A stretch of DNA of 58,374 bases, filler included, from Dugesia japonica (lineage: Eukaryota): NCBI GenBank assembly GCA_001938525.1. It is 5 parts of 5 records of this genome, joined end to end, with 100 filler letters (N's around TTAATTAATTAA, not from the genome) between each part and the next. Parts side by side here need not be neighbours in the genome. Positions count along the whole stretch, not along the records: positions 48,094 to 58,374 come from MQRL01647649.1; 4 more parts are not named here. The stretch is one strand, 5' to 3'. Numbering within the stretch: position 1 is the stretch's first letter; every line of letters starts with the position of its first letter. Shown in pieces: positions 48,167 to 58,374 of the stretch. The translations under genes and the position numbers were made by a program. The notes below the pieces were generated by a model. That model was not told the DNA's origin and searched no databases. It was given only the letters and a program-made list of their open reading frames with translations.

Positions 48167-51100
48167 TTGATTATGATCTAGAAATTCGTGACATCTTTAA
48201 AATGTATAAGGAGTATGAACACTTGGAAAGATCAATAAAAATGATTAATGAATTTCAAAAAGAAATTCTCGAAATTATTACCAAGTATTTTAATTATGGT
48301 AAAAAGATTATTGTCCGAATGAGTGTCAATGGTAATTATAATAAAGAAGTAAACGGTGAAAATGTTGAAAATATTTTTAATTCGTATTCAAATAATAAAC
48401 AATTTACTATTGCAAGTGAAATAAATGATGGAGTTGTTGATATTATAAATCAACTTCAAAGATTCATGGAAGATGAAGATAGAAACGAATCTGGATGGAA
48501 TTTAAATTATATAGTTGATTATAAAATTGAACTTTCTAAATATCAATCTTTAGCTGGAGCAACTTATCAAAAATTACTATTTTCAAAACCAGGTGTAATT
48601 AATATTCAAAACAAAGGTGAAAAATATTTTTTATTTCAATTTTAAATCACAAATATAGACTTAATAATCCAACTAGATTTGTAAAATATATTCCTCATTT
48701 ATCTGAATTAAAAACCAACGAAATTAAATTTCCAGTAAATATTTATGATGTTAAAAAATTTGAAAAATTAAATGATTGGAAAATAAATGTATTTACTGTA
48801 ACTGATTCCAAAATAATTGAACCTTTAATATATATTACATTAAGAAACTAAACCAAAACCTGAGCAGAATAAATGTAATTTATTAGTTTATACAAAACCT
48901 AGCGGGCCCCACCATTTTATTTTATGTAGAGATGTACAAGTATTTTTTACAAACAAAAAGAAATAAAAATTATTTATGTATTAGATGTATGAATTGTTAT
49001 CAAAGTAAAGATTTATTAACAAAACATCAAAAGGAATATATTAAATCATGAAATATCAAATATTACATTTCTAAAACATAATGATTATTATTTTCAAAAT
49101 TATTATTACAAAAATAAAATATCTTTAGTAGTTTATGGTGATTTTGAAAGCTGGACTAATAATAACCCCAACTAGCCCCACACAAAGAAACAAAAACCTT
49201 TATCACTTGGAATTTATGTAGTAAGTAAGCATCCACATTTAATGAAAAATGAAATATTCATGAACAGTTTTTTGAATTTTTAAATCAACTAAATAATGAA
49301 TTAAAAGATGTAAAAGAAAATCAATTAATATAAGATATTTAGGTGAAGTTCCTGAACTTAGAGAAAGTGAGCAAGCTTGCCTAAAATATAAATATTGTGA
49401 TAAATAGATGGGGTTTGAAAATCCAGTAATTGACCATAACCATTTCAATGGTGAATTTAGAGGTTATTTTCATTCAAAATGCAATTTACATGCCAAATCA
49501 ATAAAAAATTTATTTTTACTTTTTTATTTTCATGTTTCAGGTTATGATTATCATTTTTTTTCAAAGAATTAATTAGTATCCAAGTAAAATTAAAAAAATA
49601 ATTCCACATACAGATGAAGTTTACATTTCATTCCAATATGTAAACATTAGATTTTTGGATTCAGTAAGAAAGTAACCTTTTACATCAATTGAGAAAATGG
49701 GTGAAATGTTAAATTATTCTTGACAATATAATCATTTAAGAGCATTTAATCCTGCTCCAAAGAAAATATCATTTCCTTATGAATATGTAAAAGGAAATGA
49801 TATTAATCAAGTAATTGAATTATTAAAAAGTAACCATATTCCATCAAAAGAAGATTTTAATAATAAACTAAAACTAAAAAGAATATCAGAAAAGGATTAT
49901 AATGAATTTTTACAAGATTTAGAAAAACACAATAATTTATTTGATTATATGATGTATTTTATGAAACTAGATGTAATTATTTTAGTAGATTTTTTTGAAA
50001 ACTTCAGAGAAAAAATAGATCCTAGTTATTGTTATTCTGCACCAGAATTAACGTGGGCTGCAGGAACTAAATTTACCCAAGTAAAATTAAAATATGCACA
50101 AAAAAACGTATGATAGATTTATTAAAATAGAAAGAGGAGTTAGAGGTGAATATTCAGGTGTTTGTAGAGAAAGACAGGTCTTTTCAAATAATCAAAAATC
50201 AAATACTAGATTTGGAAGAACTAGACAATTAAATAAAGCACAAGTAGGTGATATATTATTTTCATTTATTAAAAATAAAACTGGTTCCTTCGGTAATGAC
50301 TTTAAAGGAGAGCAAATAAATAAAAAAGAAGAAACATTTTTAAAATATTTAGATGAAAATAGTCTATATGCATCTTGTATGACAAAACTGTACCAACAGG
50401 TGAAATCTATGAATGTCTTCCAGAGTCAGGATTTAAATTATACACCAGCAACAGACAAAATAAATTATATTTATGAAGTGGATTTAGAATATCCACTTGA
50501 AATTCATGAGAAAACTAAATATTTTCCTTTAGCACCAGATCCAATAAATATAACAAATGAAATGTTAAGTCCTTATCAATTATCATTTCAGAAAAAGTTG
50601 AGTAAAAAGAAATATTAAATTAACATTAAATCGATTTGATAAACAAAATTATATTATTCTAGGAAAAACACTAGATTTATACAAATCTTTAGGGATGAAA
50701 AATATAAAAAATCCATTCAAAATATAAAATGCCAACAAAACCATGGTTAAAGGATTACATTCAATTTAATATAATTCAAAGAAATGAAGCCAAACGAAAT
50801 AATAATGTTTTTGGAGATTATTTCTTTAAATTATTAAATAATGCTTTCTATGGAAAAACTTTAGAAACATAAGAAATAGATGTAATGTTGAAATTGTAGA
50901 TAATAATAGAGATTATCACAAATTCGCATGAAAAATTTATTTTAAATCTAGTAAAATATTTAGTTATAAAGAAACTTCGGAAACTCCTTTCAGTCGCTAG
51001 CGAATGCGAGCTCATGGACACTCGCAACCTTAGGAAGCATAATCTGCAGCAATTCATCTTTATAAAACAAGTTTAAAATATAATAAATTTCCATACATTG

Positions 51101-51696
51101 TTTTCATTATTTTAGAATATGCAAAATAAGTAATTTATGACTTTATTTATAATCAATTAGACAAAGAAATACCAAACAAGTATAAAATTCATTATAGTGA
51201 CACAGATTCTATCTTTGTAGAAATAATTGGTCAAGAAACTTTAAATAAAGTAGCAAGTTTATTAGGTAACAATTTATTTTAAATGAAAGATGAAAAACCA
51301 AATAATGAAATAGTTAAATGTAATTTTATTAAAGCAAAAAGTTATATTATTCAAGATTTTAAAGCAGGTAATCACAACGGACCCAAAAATATAGAAACAA
51401 AACATAAATGAGTTTCTAAAACTAATTAAATACGAATGGAAGAATATGATAAAGTTTTACATAATCCCAAAGAAATAATTTATGGAACTAATCATAGTTT
51501 AAAATCTCATAAACATAAAATAGAATTAGTTGAACAAAAAAAGATTGCTTTAACAGGATACGATGATAAAAGATTAATAGAAGACATTGGAATAAGAACT
51601 TGGCTACAAGGAAATAAATTTAAATGTGAAGTTTGTAATCAGTGGTATTTAAGGTTGGATAAATTAAAACGAAAATTAGAATGTACTTTATTATAA
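48167..51696 (+). pseudogene. polB: Protein-primed family B DNA polymerase (Polinton type) with endonuclease VII-like insert
   Basis: ESGW..YQSLAGATY..VINIQN; ExoI VYGDFES; VIDHNHFNGEFRGYFHSKCNL; ExoII FHVSGYD; RFLDS; FPYEY; motif A YLDENSLY; motif B KLLNNAFYGK; motif C YSDTDS; KIALTGYDDKR. Many stops and frameshifts. Confidence 0.96.
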
Positions 51697-51729
51697 AAAA
51701 AGATTGTGGGCGCGCGCACAAATTATTTA

Positions 51730-52338
51730 TTTCTTTAATTTATTAATTACTTTCTGTTGTTCTTCAATTTGATTTTCAAGTTTCTTTAAAATTTCATTAC
51801 TGTTATATTTAACTTCTTTTTTATTTTCATTTGAAATTAAATCTTTAACTTGTTTTACCATATTTTTACTAATAGATATTTCTTCATCAGTTAATACATC
51901 ATCTGATAAAGCTTTTTGATGAAATAAAAATAATTTGTTTTTAACAGTTTCTAATTCATGAATTAAANTTTTATACTTCTTCTTTTTAGATTTTATTTAA
52001 GATGCATTTAAAGTTCCAATTATGGGAATATAGGAAACTGATGTAGTTAAAATTATGGAAACTAATCCACCGACAACTCCACCAATACCAAAAGTTCCTA
52101 AAGAAAGTAAAACTGTTCCAGTTATTCCAACAACTGTTCCTATAAATATTTCTGTAAATCTTATTGAAGTATTTAACCTTGACCTTCTTTTATAAATCTT
52201 TTTATAATGATTAATTTTATCATCAATAAAATATAAATCTGATTCAAAATCTACTATTCTTAAATTTGATAATTTAGTCTTTAGATCTTGAATAGTGTAT
52301 TTTTTATGATTATGATTTTTTAGTAATTGATTAATCAC
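51730..52338 (-). pseudogene. Polinton-type membrane protein (Gly-rich TM hairpin plus coiled coil)
   Basis: Hydrophobic FIGTVVGITGTVLLSLGTFGIGGVVGGLVSIIL. Coding sense continues past the stop at 51997 with KALSDDVLTDEE. Confidence 0.55.
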
Positions 52339-52999
52339 TTAAAATAATAATTTTACAAATATAAATGTTTTTAGGTAAAATTAAAGTAACTCTATCTACA
52401 GTATATTTATCAGTTAATAGAATTTCTTTATATTCTATAAAACAAATAAAATTTTGTTTTTTAATAAAGTTAAATTCAAATATTTTTGGAGTGTTATTAA
52501 TCATTACATATATTTCAAAAAATGAAATATCAAAATATCCTTGAATTATAAAATAAGCTTTATCTCTTATTCTGTTTTTACGAAAATAAAGTTCTAATGG
52601 TTTTTCAAGGTAAAAATATCTTTTATATGCTGGATTGGTTATTCTTTCTTTCCTTTTTATTTTAAATAGTAGTATTAAAACATAATAAGTTGGTAGTCCA
52701 TTTACTACAATAAAAGTAGTTAATAAAAATATTAATACATCATTATATTTTCCGTAATTTTTAAAAGTGAGAAATGGTAAATAATTATTAATTATTTCTT
52801 TAAACATGTTTAACAACTTTTGTTCATAAAGTTTTTTAGATGAAGCTTGTTTTTTTAATTTATTAATGCAATCATTAATTTCTTTAACATGATCAATATG
52901 AAGATATTCTTTTATTTTATTAAATTCTTGTTCAGATGGAATTAAAGGATNNNNNNNNNNNNNNNNNNNNNNNNNNNNNNNNNAATTTAATATTTCCAA
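52331..52999 (-). CDS. Hypothetical viral protein
   Basis: 222-codon frame (contains a gap) co-oriented with the structural block. Confidence 0.45.
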   Translation of the reverse strand: MEILNXXXXXXXXXXXXPLIPSEQEFNKIKEYLHIDHVKEINDCINKLKKQASSKKLYEQKLLNMFKEIINNYLPFLTFKNYGKYNDVLIFLLTTFIVVNGLPTYYVLILLFKIKRKERITNPAYKRYFYLEKPLELYFRKNRIRDKAYFIIQGYFDISFFEIYVMINNTPKIFEFNFIKKQNFICFIEYKEILLTDKYTVDRVTLILPKNIYICKIIILSD

Positions 53000-53119
53000 A
53001 TCTGAATTAATTTTATTTAATTTTTCAGGAGAACAATAACTAGATAAATTATTAATCTCTTTTGTTAGTTTTGTAATTTTTCTAATCTCTTGTTTAACTT
53101 GTATATTTTTTAAATCGGT

Positions 53120-53368
53120 TTAAAAAGATTCACTAATAGTTTGTGTTAGCTCATTTAATTTATTTATTTTAATAATTAAATCGGCTTTATCTCTAATCCA
53201 CGATTTATTATTCTTCGTTAGCATTAGCGCATTTTCCAAAAGCTGTTTAATATCAATATTTTGATTTTTCAATTGATTTTTTAAATCAGAAACTTGTTTT
53301 TGTAATTTAGTAAAATATTTTAAATTTATAGCATCTAGTTCATTTTTTGGTTCATTAATAATTTTCAA
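53120..53368 (-). pseudogene. Hypothetical viral protein fragment (coiled coil)
   Basis: NEPKNELDAINLKYF followed by heptads. Confidence 0.35.
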
Positions 53369-53519
53369 ACAAGTAATCGAATATCCACTTTGATTAACAA
53401 ACCTTTTACCATTGTTTACAGATTCTAATTTTAATTTAGCAGTAACATGTTTTAATACTTGTGTATTATTTTGACTATTTAAAGTTTCTACAAATTTATT
53501 TATTTATTTTCTATACAGA

Positions 53520-53960
53520 TATTATACAATTTATTTTTTATAACTCATTTTGAATTAAGGTTGTAAATAATTTATTAAAAATTTCATCAAAAGGTTTAAA
53601 ACTAAGTGAATATAAAAAATATAAACATAATACTCTACAAACACTAGTTCCAAAAGGTTGAACTTGAATTTTGTTATAAACCGTTACATGTTTTTCAATT
53701 TCTTTAAAAAGTTTTAAACCAAAAGAATCAAACTAATAACTATGGACCTCTTTAGGGTTAGAAAAAGCAACCCAATGACTTTCTTTTTTATTTGAATTTT
53801 GATAATTAATAAATTTTCAGGCCCCACGGGGCCGATTTATTATCTTTCATTAATAATTAATCTTTCATTAATATTTCTATTTCTAAATTTAAAAAATCAG
53901 CAATAGAGTATAAATCAAAATTGGTTTTAGTATTTATTCCAAATGTTTTTAAAAAATCTA
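53520..53960 (-). pseudogene. Adenain-like maturation cysteine protease
   Basis: TNFDL...FINYQNSNKKESHWVAF...Y*FDSFG...YNKIQVQPFGTSVCRVLCLYFL gives catalytic H, D, Q and C in adenain order. Not in the ORF track because of stops. Confidence 0.88.
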
Positions 53961-54635
53961 AGATCCCTTACATTTTCTTATATAAACTAATAAAGAAATA
54001 GTTTCACCATCAAAATCTATAGGATTTTTATTTTCATCTATAATATTAAATTTTAAAGAATCAATAAATTTGAAGTTTAATCTTGAGTAAATAGGAGTTG
54101 AAAATCTTTCTATAATTTTGAAAACAAAACCAACAGTATTTACTGGGAAAGAATATAATAAATTCATTGGTAAGTTGTTGATATAATTACCTTTAACTAA
54201 ATTGCAAGTTAAAATTTTCATATTAATGTTTAAAATATCAACTTTATTTTCAGAATAATATTTTCCTGGTGAATATTCTTTAGGTAAAAAACCTAAGATG
54301 ATATGAAAAATTTATTTTATCAAACTTGAGAGAATGTTTTGTTGTTAAATTACATTTCTTTGTTGAAAGATCTGGAACAATTTCAATTCCATGATCTTTT
54401 AATTTACTAGAGATTTCTTTAATTTCATAAGCACCTTGTTCAATGGTTTTCTGTTCTTATTTTAAAATAAAAATATTATTTTTATTAGTAACATTAAAAA
54501 TTATATTATAACAACTAAAAGATAATAATGCCATTACAAAGTCAGAATCTAATTCTATTGGAAATCCTAAATCAACTTATAAATCAGACCTCGGAAGGCC
54601 CCCTTCTTTACCAACAACTAAAATTGATGAGACAT
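53958..54635 (-). pseudogene. Minor capsid (penton-like) protein
   Basis: FPIELD..ALLSFSCYNNIFNV..NNIF..GAYEI..LGF..CNLVKGNYIN..LYSF..IIDENKNPIDFDGETISL, the Polinton minor-capsid pattern. Confidence 0.8.
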
Positions 54636-54659
54636 TTTATTTATAGAAAATATTTATTT

Positions 54660-55467
54660 TTATAAACATTATATTTTTCTTTATTAATTAATTCTTGGTT
54701 TAATAATTCTTTACAAACAGATTTAATTTCTTTGTTTAAATTATTATGACCTGCTTTTATAGCTGAAATTATTAATGTTCATCTTTCAAATAAAGTTATG
54801 GGATCTGAATCACCTTTAGCTCGCATTCGCTCTCGATTGAAAGGAGTTTTATGATTTGAATTTAAACCATCACCTTTAATATTTTTAGGAGTTTCTTTTT
54901 CCGAAATTCGATCTTGCTCATAACTGAAAGGAATTTCTTTTTCAACAACTGGTTTTATAAAGTTTCTATAATATTTAGAATTATGAGAAATTCTAATATT
55001 TATTTTTTTTACATAAATATTTTTTGCTTCAAGATCATTACTTCCATTGCCTAAAATTAAATTCACGACTTCTTCAGAATAAGAAATTAGTTCTTGGTTA
55101 TTTAAAAACTATTTCTTTCCATTTTCTTCAAATAAATATATTATGGTTTGTGATCCTTTTTTATTAGGATAAATTATTTTTTAAAAGTTTTTATTATCAA
55201 TAACTTCTATTTCAAATATAAGTTTATTTGTATTAGATAAATTATCAATATTTAAATTAATTTTAGGAAAGAATGGTATTCTATTTTCAAAAGGATTTTT
55301 AGATTTTGTACCCAAGTTTTAATAGTAGGTTGTTGTTGTGTAGTTAAAACATATTGTAAAGTTTTTGATTCAATTACATTACCAGTAAATAAATTATCAT
55401 AATCATCTTGAGCTTTAATTAATTCTTTAAAAAATCTCATTCTTTCTGTTATTTGTTCACTATCCAT
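54660..55467 (-). pseudogene. Conserved Polinton core-type protein
   Basis: Starts MDSEQITER at 55467. C-terminal SDPITLFER*TLIISAIKAGHNNLNKEI..ELL resembles the DP..L..RL....AG.N...EI motif of Polinton proteins. Confidence 0.55.
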
Positions 55468-55469
55468 TT

Positions 55470-55990
55470 TATTCAGGATTTTCATGATGATTTTCATGAG
55501 AATTTTCATAAGGTTTTAAATATAAACCATCACCTTTTATTTTAACCTGTATTCCATTTTTAAAGCTTTAGTAATCATTTTCAATTTCTAGTTTAGTAAA
55601 CTATTTTTTAAATATTTATGACTTGAACTTCCTTGATAAGGTTTTAAGTAAAGTCCTGAACCAGTTTTATTTGCTTTTAATTTATTTTCTAAATCTTTTT
55701 TCTGTAATTCAACTAATTCTGTTTCTCTTTGTTTTTTAATTGTATCTATAAAATTACTTACTGTACTTGCCACTGCACTAGCTGTTCCAGCAACTGCAGC
55801 CGCAGCTCAAGCAGCAGTTGTTATTCCAGCGATTATCCTAGGAATTAATCCTAATAAAGGAAATAATTCACCTTCATGTTCTTTACCAAACGCTAATTTT
55901 TGTTTTATTTCTTCTTTAACTTTATTTCCAATCCAATAGTTTTTAGCATTAAATTTTACAGATTTACATGTATTTGAATTTACCAAATCA
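55470..55990 (-). pseudogene. Putative protease-processed membrane-active core protein
   Basis: HEGELFPLLGLIPRIIAGITTAA*AAAVAGTASAVAS amphipathic/Ala-rich segment, coiled coil, then two GxGLYLKPY repeats. Confidence 0.55.
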
Positions 55991-56045
55991 CTTAATTCTT
56001 GTTCTGATATAGAAGAAATTTTCTTTTAAAAAATAATAAAAAATA

Positions 56046-56615
56046 TTAAATATCAAAACAAAAGTTTCCTGGTAGGAAATTTTCACTCACTCTTATTGAC
56101 TTTCGCTCTCTTTGACTCTCACTCTCTTTCTTCTTCAAACAAATCACTGTTTTGAAAAGAACTTCCATTAAAACTTCAGCTTCTCTATCTAAATAGTAAT
56201 AATTATATTTAGTTTTCCAATGTAAATTTACATTATAGTCATATTCCATTTTACTTGAAAATATCTTACTGAATAAATCATAATAAACATTATCTTTATC
56301 AGTTTTGTTTAATTTAAAAAATATAAAACAGTTGGAATTATTTCGAATAGAGTTTTTATCTAAATGGAAATATGTTTGAGAAATATAAATTACATTACAA
56401 TTTACATGCCTTCCTCTAGTAAAATAAATTTTCTGGATTTCTTGATCTTTATCATTTACAACATCATCAAAAATTATTAAATTCTTTTTCTGTTTAGATA
56501 ATTTATCACAAGGAACAATTTCATTTGCTTTATTACTTAAAATCACATTTATCAATCTTGGGATAAAGTCTTGGTTTATTTTTTTAAGTAATATTTTATT
56601 AAAATTTTCAAACAC
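56046..56615 (-). pseudogene. A32/FtsK-like packaging ATPase lacking Walker A
   Basis: Walker B LIIFDD, FTRGRH, IYISQTYF, IRNN. Confidence 0.9.
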
Positions 56616-56681
56616 TTTTAGTTTTATCCATTTTATATGGAACTCTTTTGGGATTTTAAACTTGAAATTAATTATACAACT

Positions 56682-58000
56682 TTATTTTAAATCTAAACTT
56701 TCACCTCGTTTATTTTCAATCATAACAATTTTACTATTTGATAATTTCATTTCAATATGCCTTTCTTCTAAAATACACCAATATAAAATTCCTTTAAAAT
56801 CAGGATCTTTAGTTATATGTAAAGTTATATCTACGGTATTAATATTTAATTTATCGTCTTGGGAACTAACATCAAAACAAAAGATTGGATACAAATTACC
56901 AAACTCTTGTAATGATAACTGAGGTTCACAAAAGAACTCTTTACAACAATTTACATAATTTAAATGTGGAAAAATCATTTTATTATTATCAATATTAAAT
57001 TTACATTCATTTATTGGGTAATATGTATTATTTAATTGTACTTAAATACTTTTGAGAGAATGTTTTGTTGTAATTTTTTCTTTCTTTTCATTTTCAAAAG
57101 TTTTACTAATTTGTTGGATAAATAAATTATTATTCTTTTGATATGATATTTTTAAATCTTTTATTACAATAAATATATATCTTGGTTTATAAGTTAAATT
57201 ACTTAGTTTAACTGAATAATAATTTCCTGAATCTAAAGTTGTTTTTGAGGTAATTCTATTTAAAAAAGAAACTTGAATAGATTTATTTGTGTTGATTCTT
57301 TCCAATAGATTCACTTCCATTTTAGGAACTAATCTACATTCTGGAATTTGTAATTCTTAAGTTATTAATTTTAAAGTTGCGGTTTTATCTTTATCTCCAA
57401 AGAATAATAATTTATCTTCTATTTGTCGATTACATATAAATTCAATCTTTGTATTATACAATAATCTATTATAACATTGCATAAATCCAAATAAATTTTT
57501 CAAAGGAAAATAACCTTCAAATTTCTTTTNNNNNNNNNNNNNNNNNNNNNNNNNNNNNNNNNNNNNNNNNNNNNNNNNNNCATCAACATCTACATCTCCT
57601 TTGTTTGTATCTGGTAACCAACCTGATAATTCACCATAAATATTTTTATAAGTTGAACTAGTTGAAATGAAATTTAATATTGTTGATAAAATTCCTGGGT
57701 CGTTGATTGTTTCCACATCTGTAGATCCCAAAGTAAATCTCATTGATTTAAACAAACTTGGAAACCAATTATTTTAAAAAGTTATTTTTTCTCCATCTTT
57801 AACATCAATCTCTACTCTAAAATATGCCATTGAATTAGAAATATCTAATGGATTTGAAGATTGTAAATATTGAAAACTTATATCTTCAAAAGACTTAAAA
57901 TTATTAATTGATCCAGATGTTGGTAAAATTTTCAAAACATCATTTTTCAAAAATACATGTTGAAAACTAATATTATTATCGAGATTAATTTTGTATCCAT
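56682..58000 (-). pseudogene. Major capsid protein (double jelly-roll, Polinton type)
   Basis: ATG at 58000, with fragments 57357-57755, 57042-57320 and 56682-56978: NNWFPSLF..VETINDPG, PLKNLFGF, KPRYIFI, F..LYPIFCFDVSSQ. Confidence 0.88.
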
Positions 58001-58374
58001 TTTCTTTAGAAATGAAATAAAAAATTTATTTTTCTCAAGTTGTTAAATCATTTTGGTAAAAAATCTAGCCAGAAAAGTTAAATCATATACTGTATCAAAT
58101 TTATTAGATTTGTTGGGGCGAAACACCCCGAGGAACGATAATCCAAGTTAAAAGGGGTCACAAATGACCAGTACCAAATTAAAGAACCAGTGAAGAAGCC
58201 AGAATGAAAAAACCAGTCAATATTAAATAAGAAATTTAAAAGATCAAGTTCAATGTGATTAATTATAGAAATCACAGAATTATTAAAATTATGAAAGAAA
58301 ATAAAAAATCAAATGAAGAAATAAATATAAGAAAATAATAATTAATTTAAACGGAAAAATTAATTAAAATTGAG

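Larger units (their letters stand above)
45880..58374. mobile_element. Endogenous Polinton/Maverick (adintovirus-like) genome, pseudogenised; integrase and termini not seen in this block
   Basis: pPolB on + converging on a minus-strand block of MCP, ATPase, core proteins, minor capsid and adenain protease. A contig join at 47994-48093 makes linkage of the left 2 kb uncertain. Confidence 0.92.

Noticed and set aside
9989-58000. Alternative genetic code or programmed read-through explaining in-frame stops
   Set aside because: TAA, TAG and TGA all occur along with frameshifts in many unrelated elements, consistent with neutral decay.

Overview
Very AT-rich, gappy eukaryotic scaffold window, probably from an invertebrate (inference from the TE mix). 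It is assembled from at least five contigs joined by artificial N-TTAATTAATTAA-N spacers. No intact host gene, rRNA, tRNA or CRISPR array is recognisable; the window is a nest of decayed mobile and viral DNA. Main contents: (1) 9.6-19.1 kb, minus strand: a Ty3/Gypsy LTR retrotransposon with protease, RT, RNase H and integrase. Between pol and the PPT/3' LTR it carries a virus-like cargo: an env-like membrane protein in frame with integrase (PPxY tail), a coiled-coil ORF, an inhibitor-of-apoptosis-like gene with one canonical and one cryptic BIR repeat, and a coiled-coil/Pro-rich ORF with a PAM2-like motif. (2) About 45.9-58.4 kb: a pseudogenised Polinton/Maverick (adintovirus-like) genome with protein-primed PolB, adenain protease, minor and major capsid, packaging ATPase and core/membrane proteins. 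Its genes contain short frame-preserving GC-rich repeats. Paralogous capsid (8.7 kb) and PolB (35 kb) fragments and four AGTA(G/T)-type Polinton-like termini occur elsewhere. (3) A compact intronless TBP-like gene at 37.6-38.1 kb. (4) Five copies of a roughly 170-bp double-hairpin element with 9-11 bp target duplications, plus Merlin, mariner, hAT, Harbinger-MITE and solo-LTR remnants. All calls are by eye from motifs; no database searches were run.
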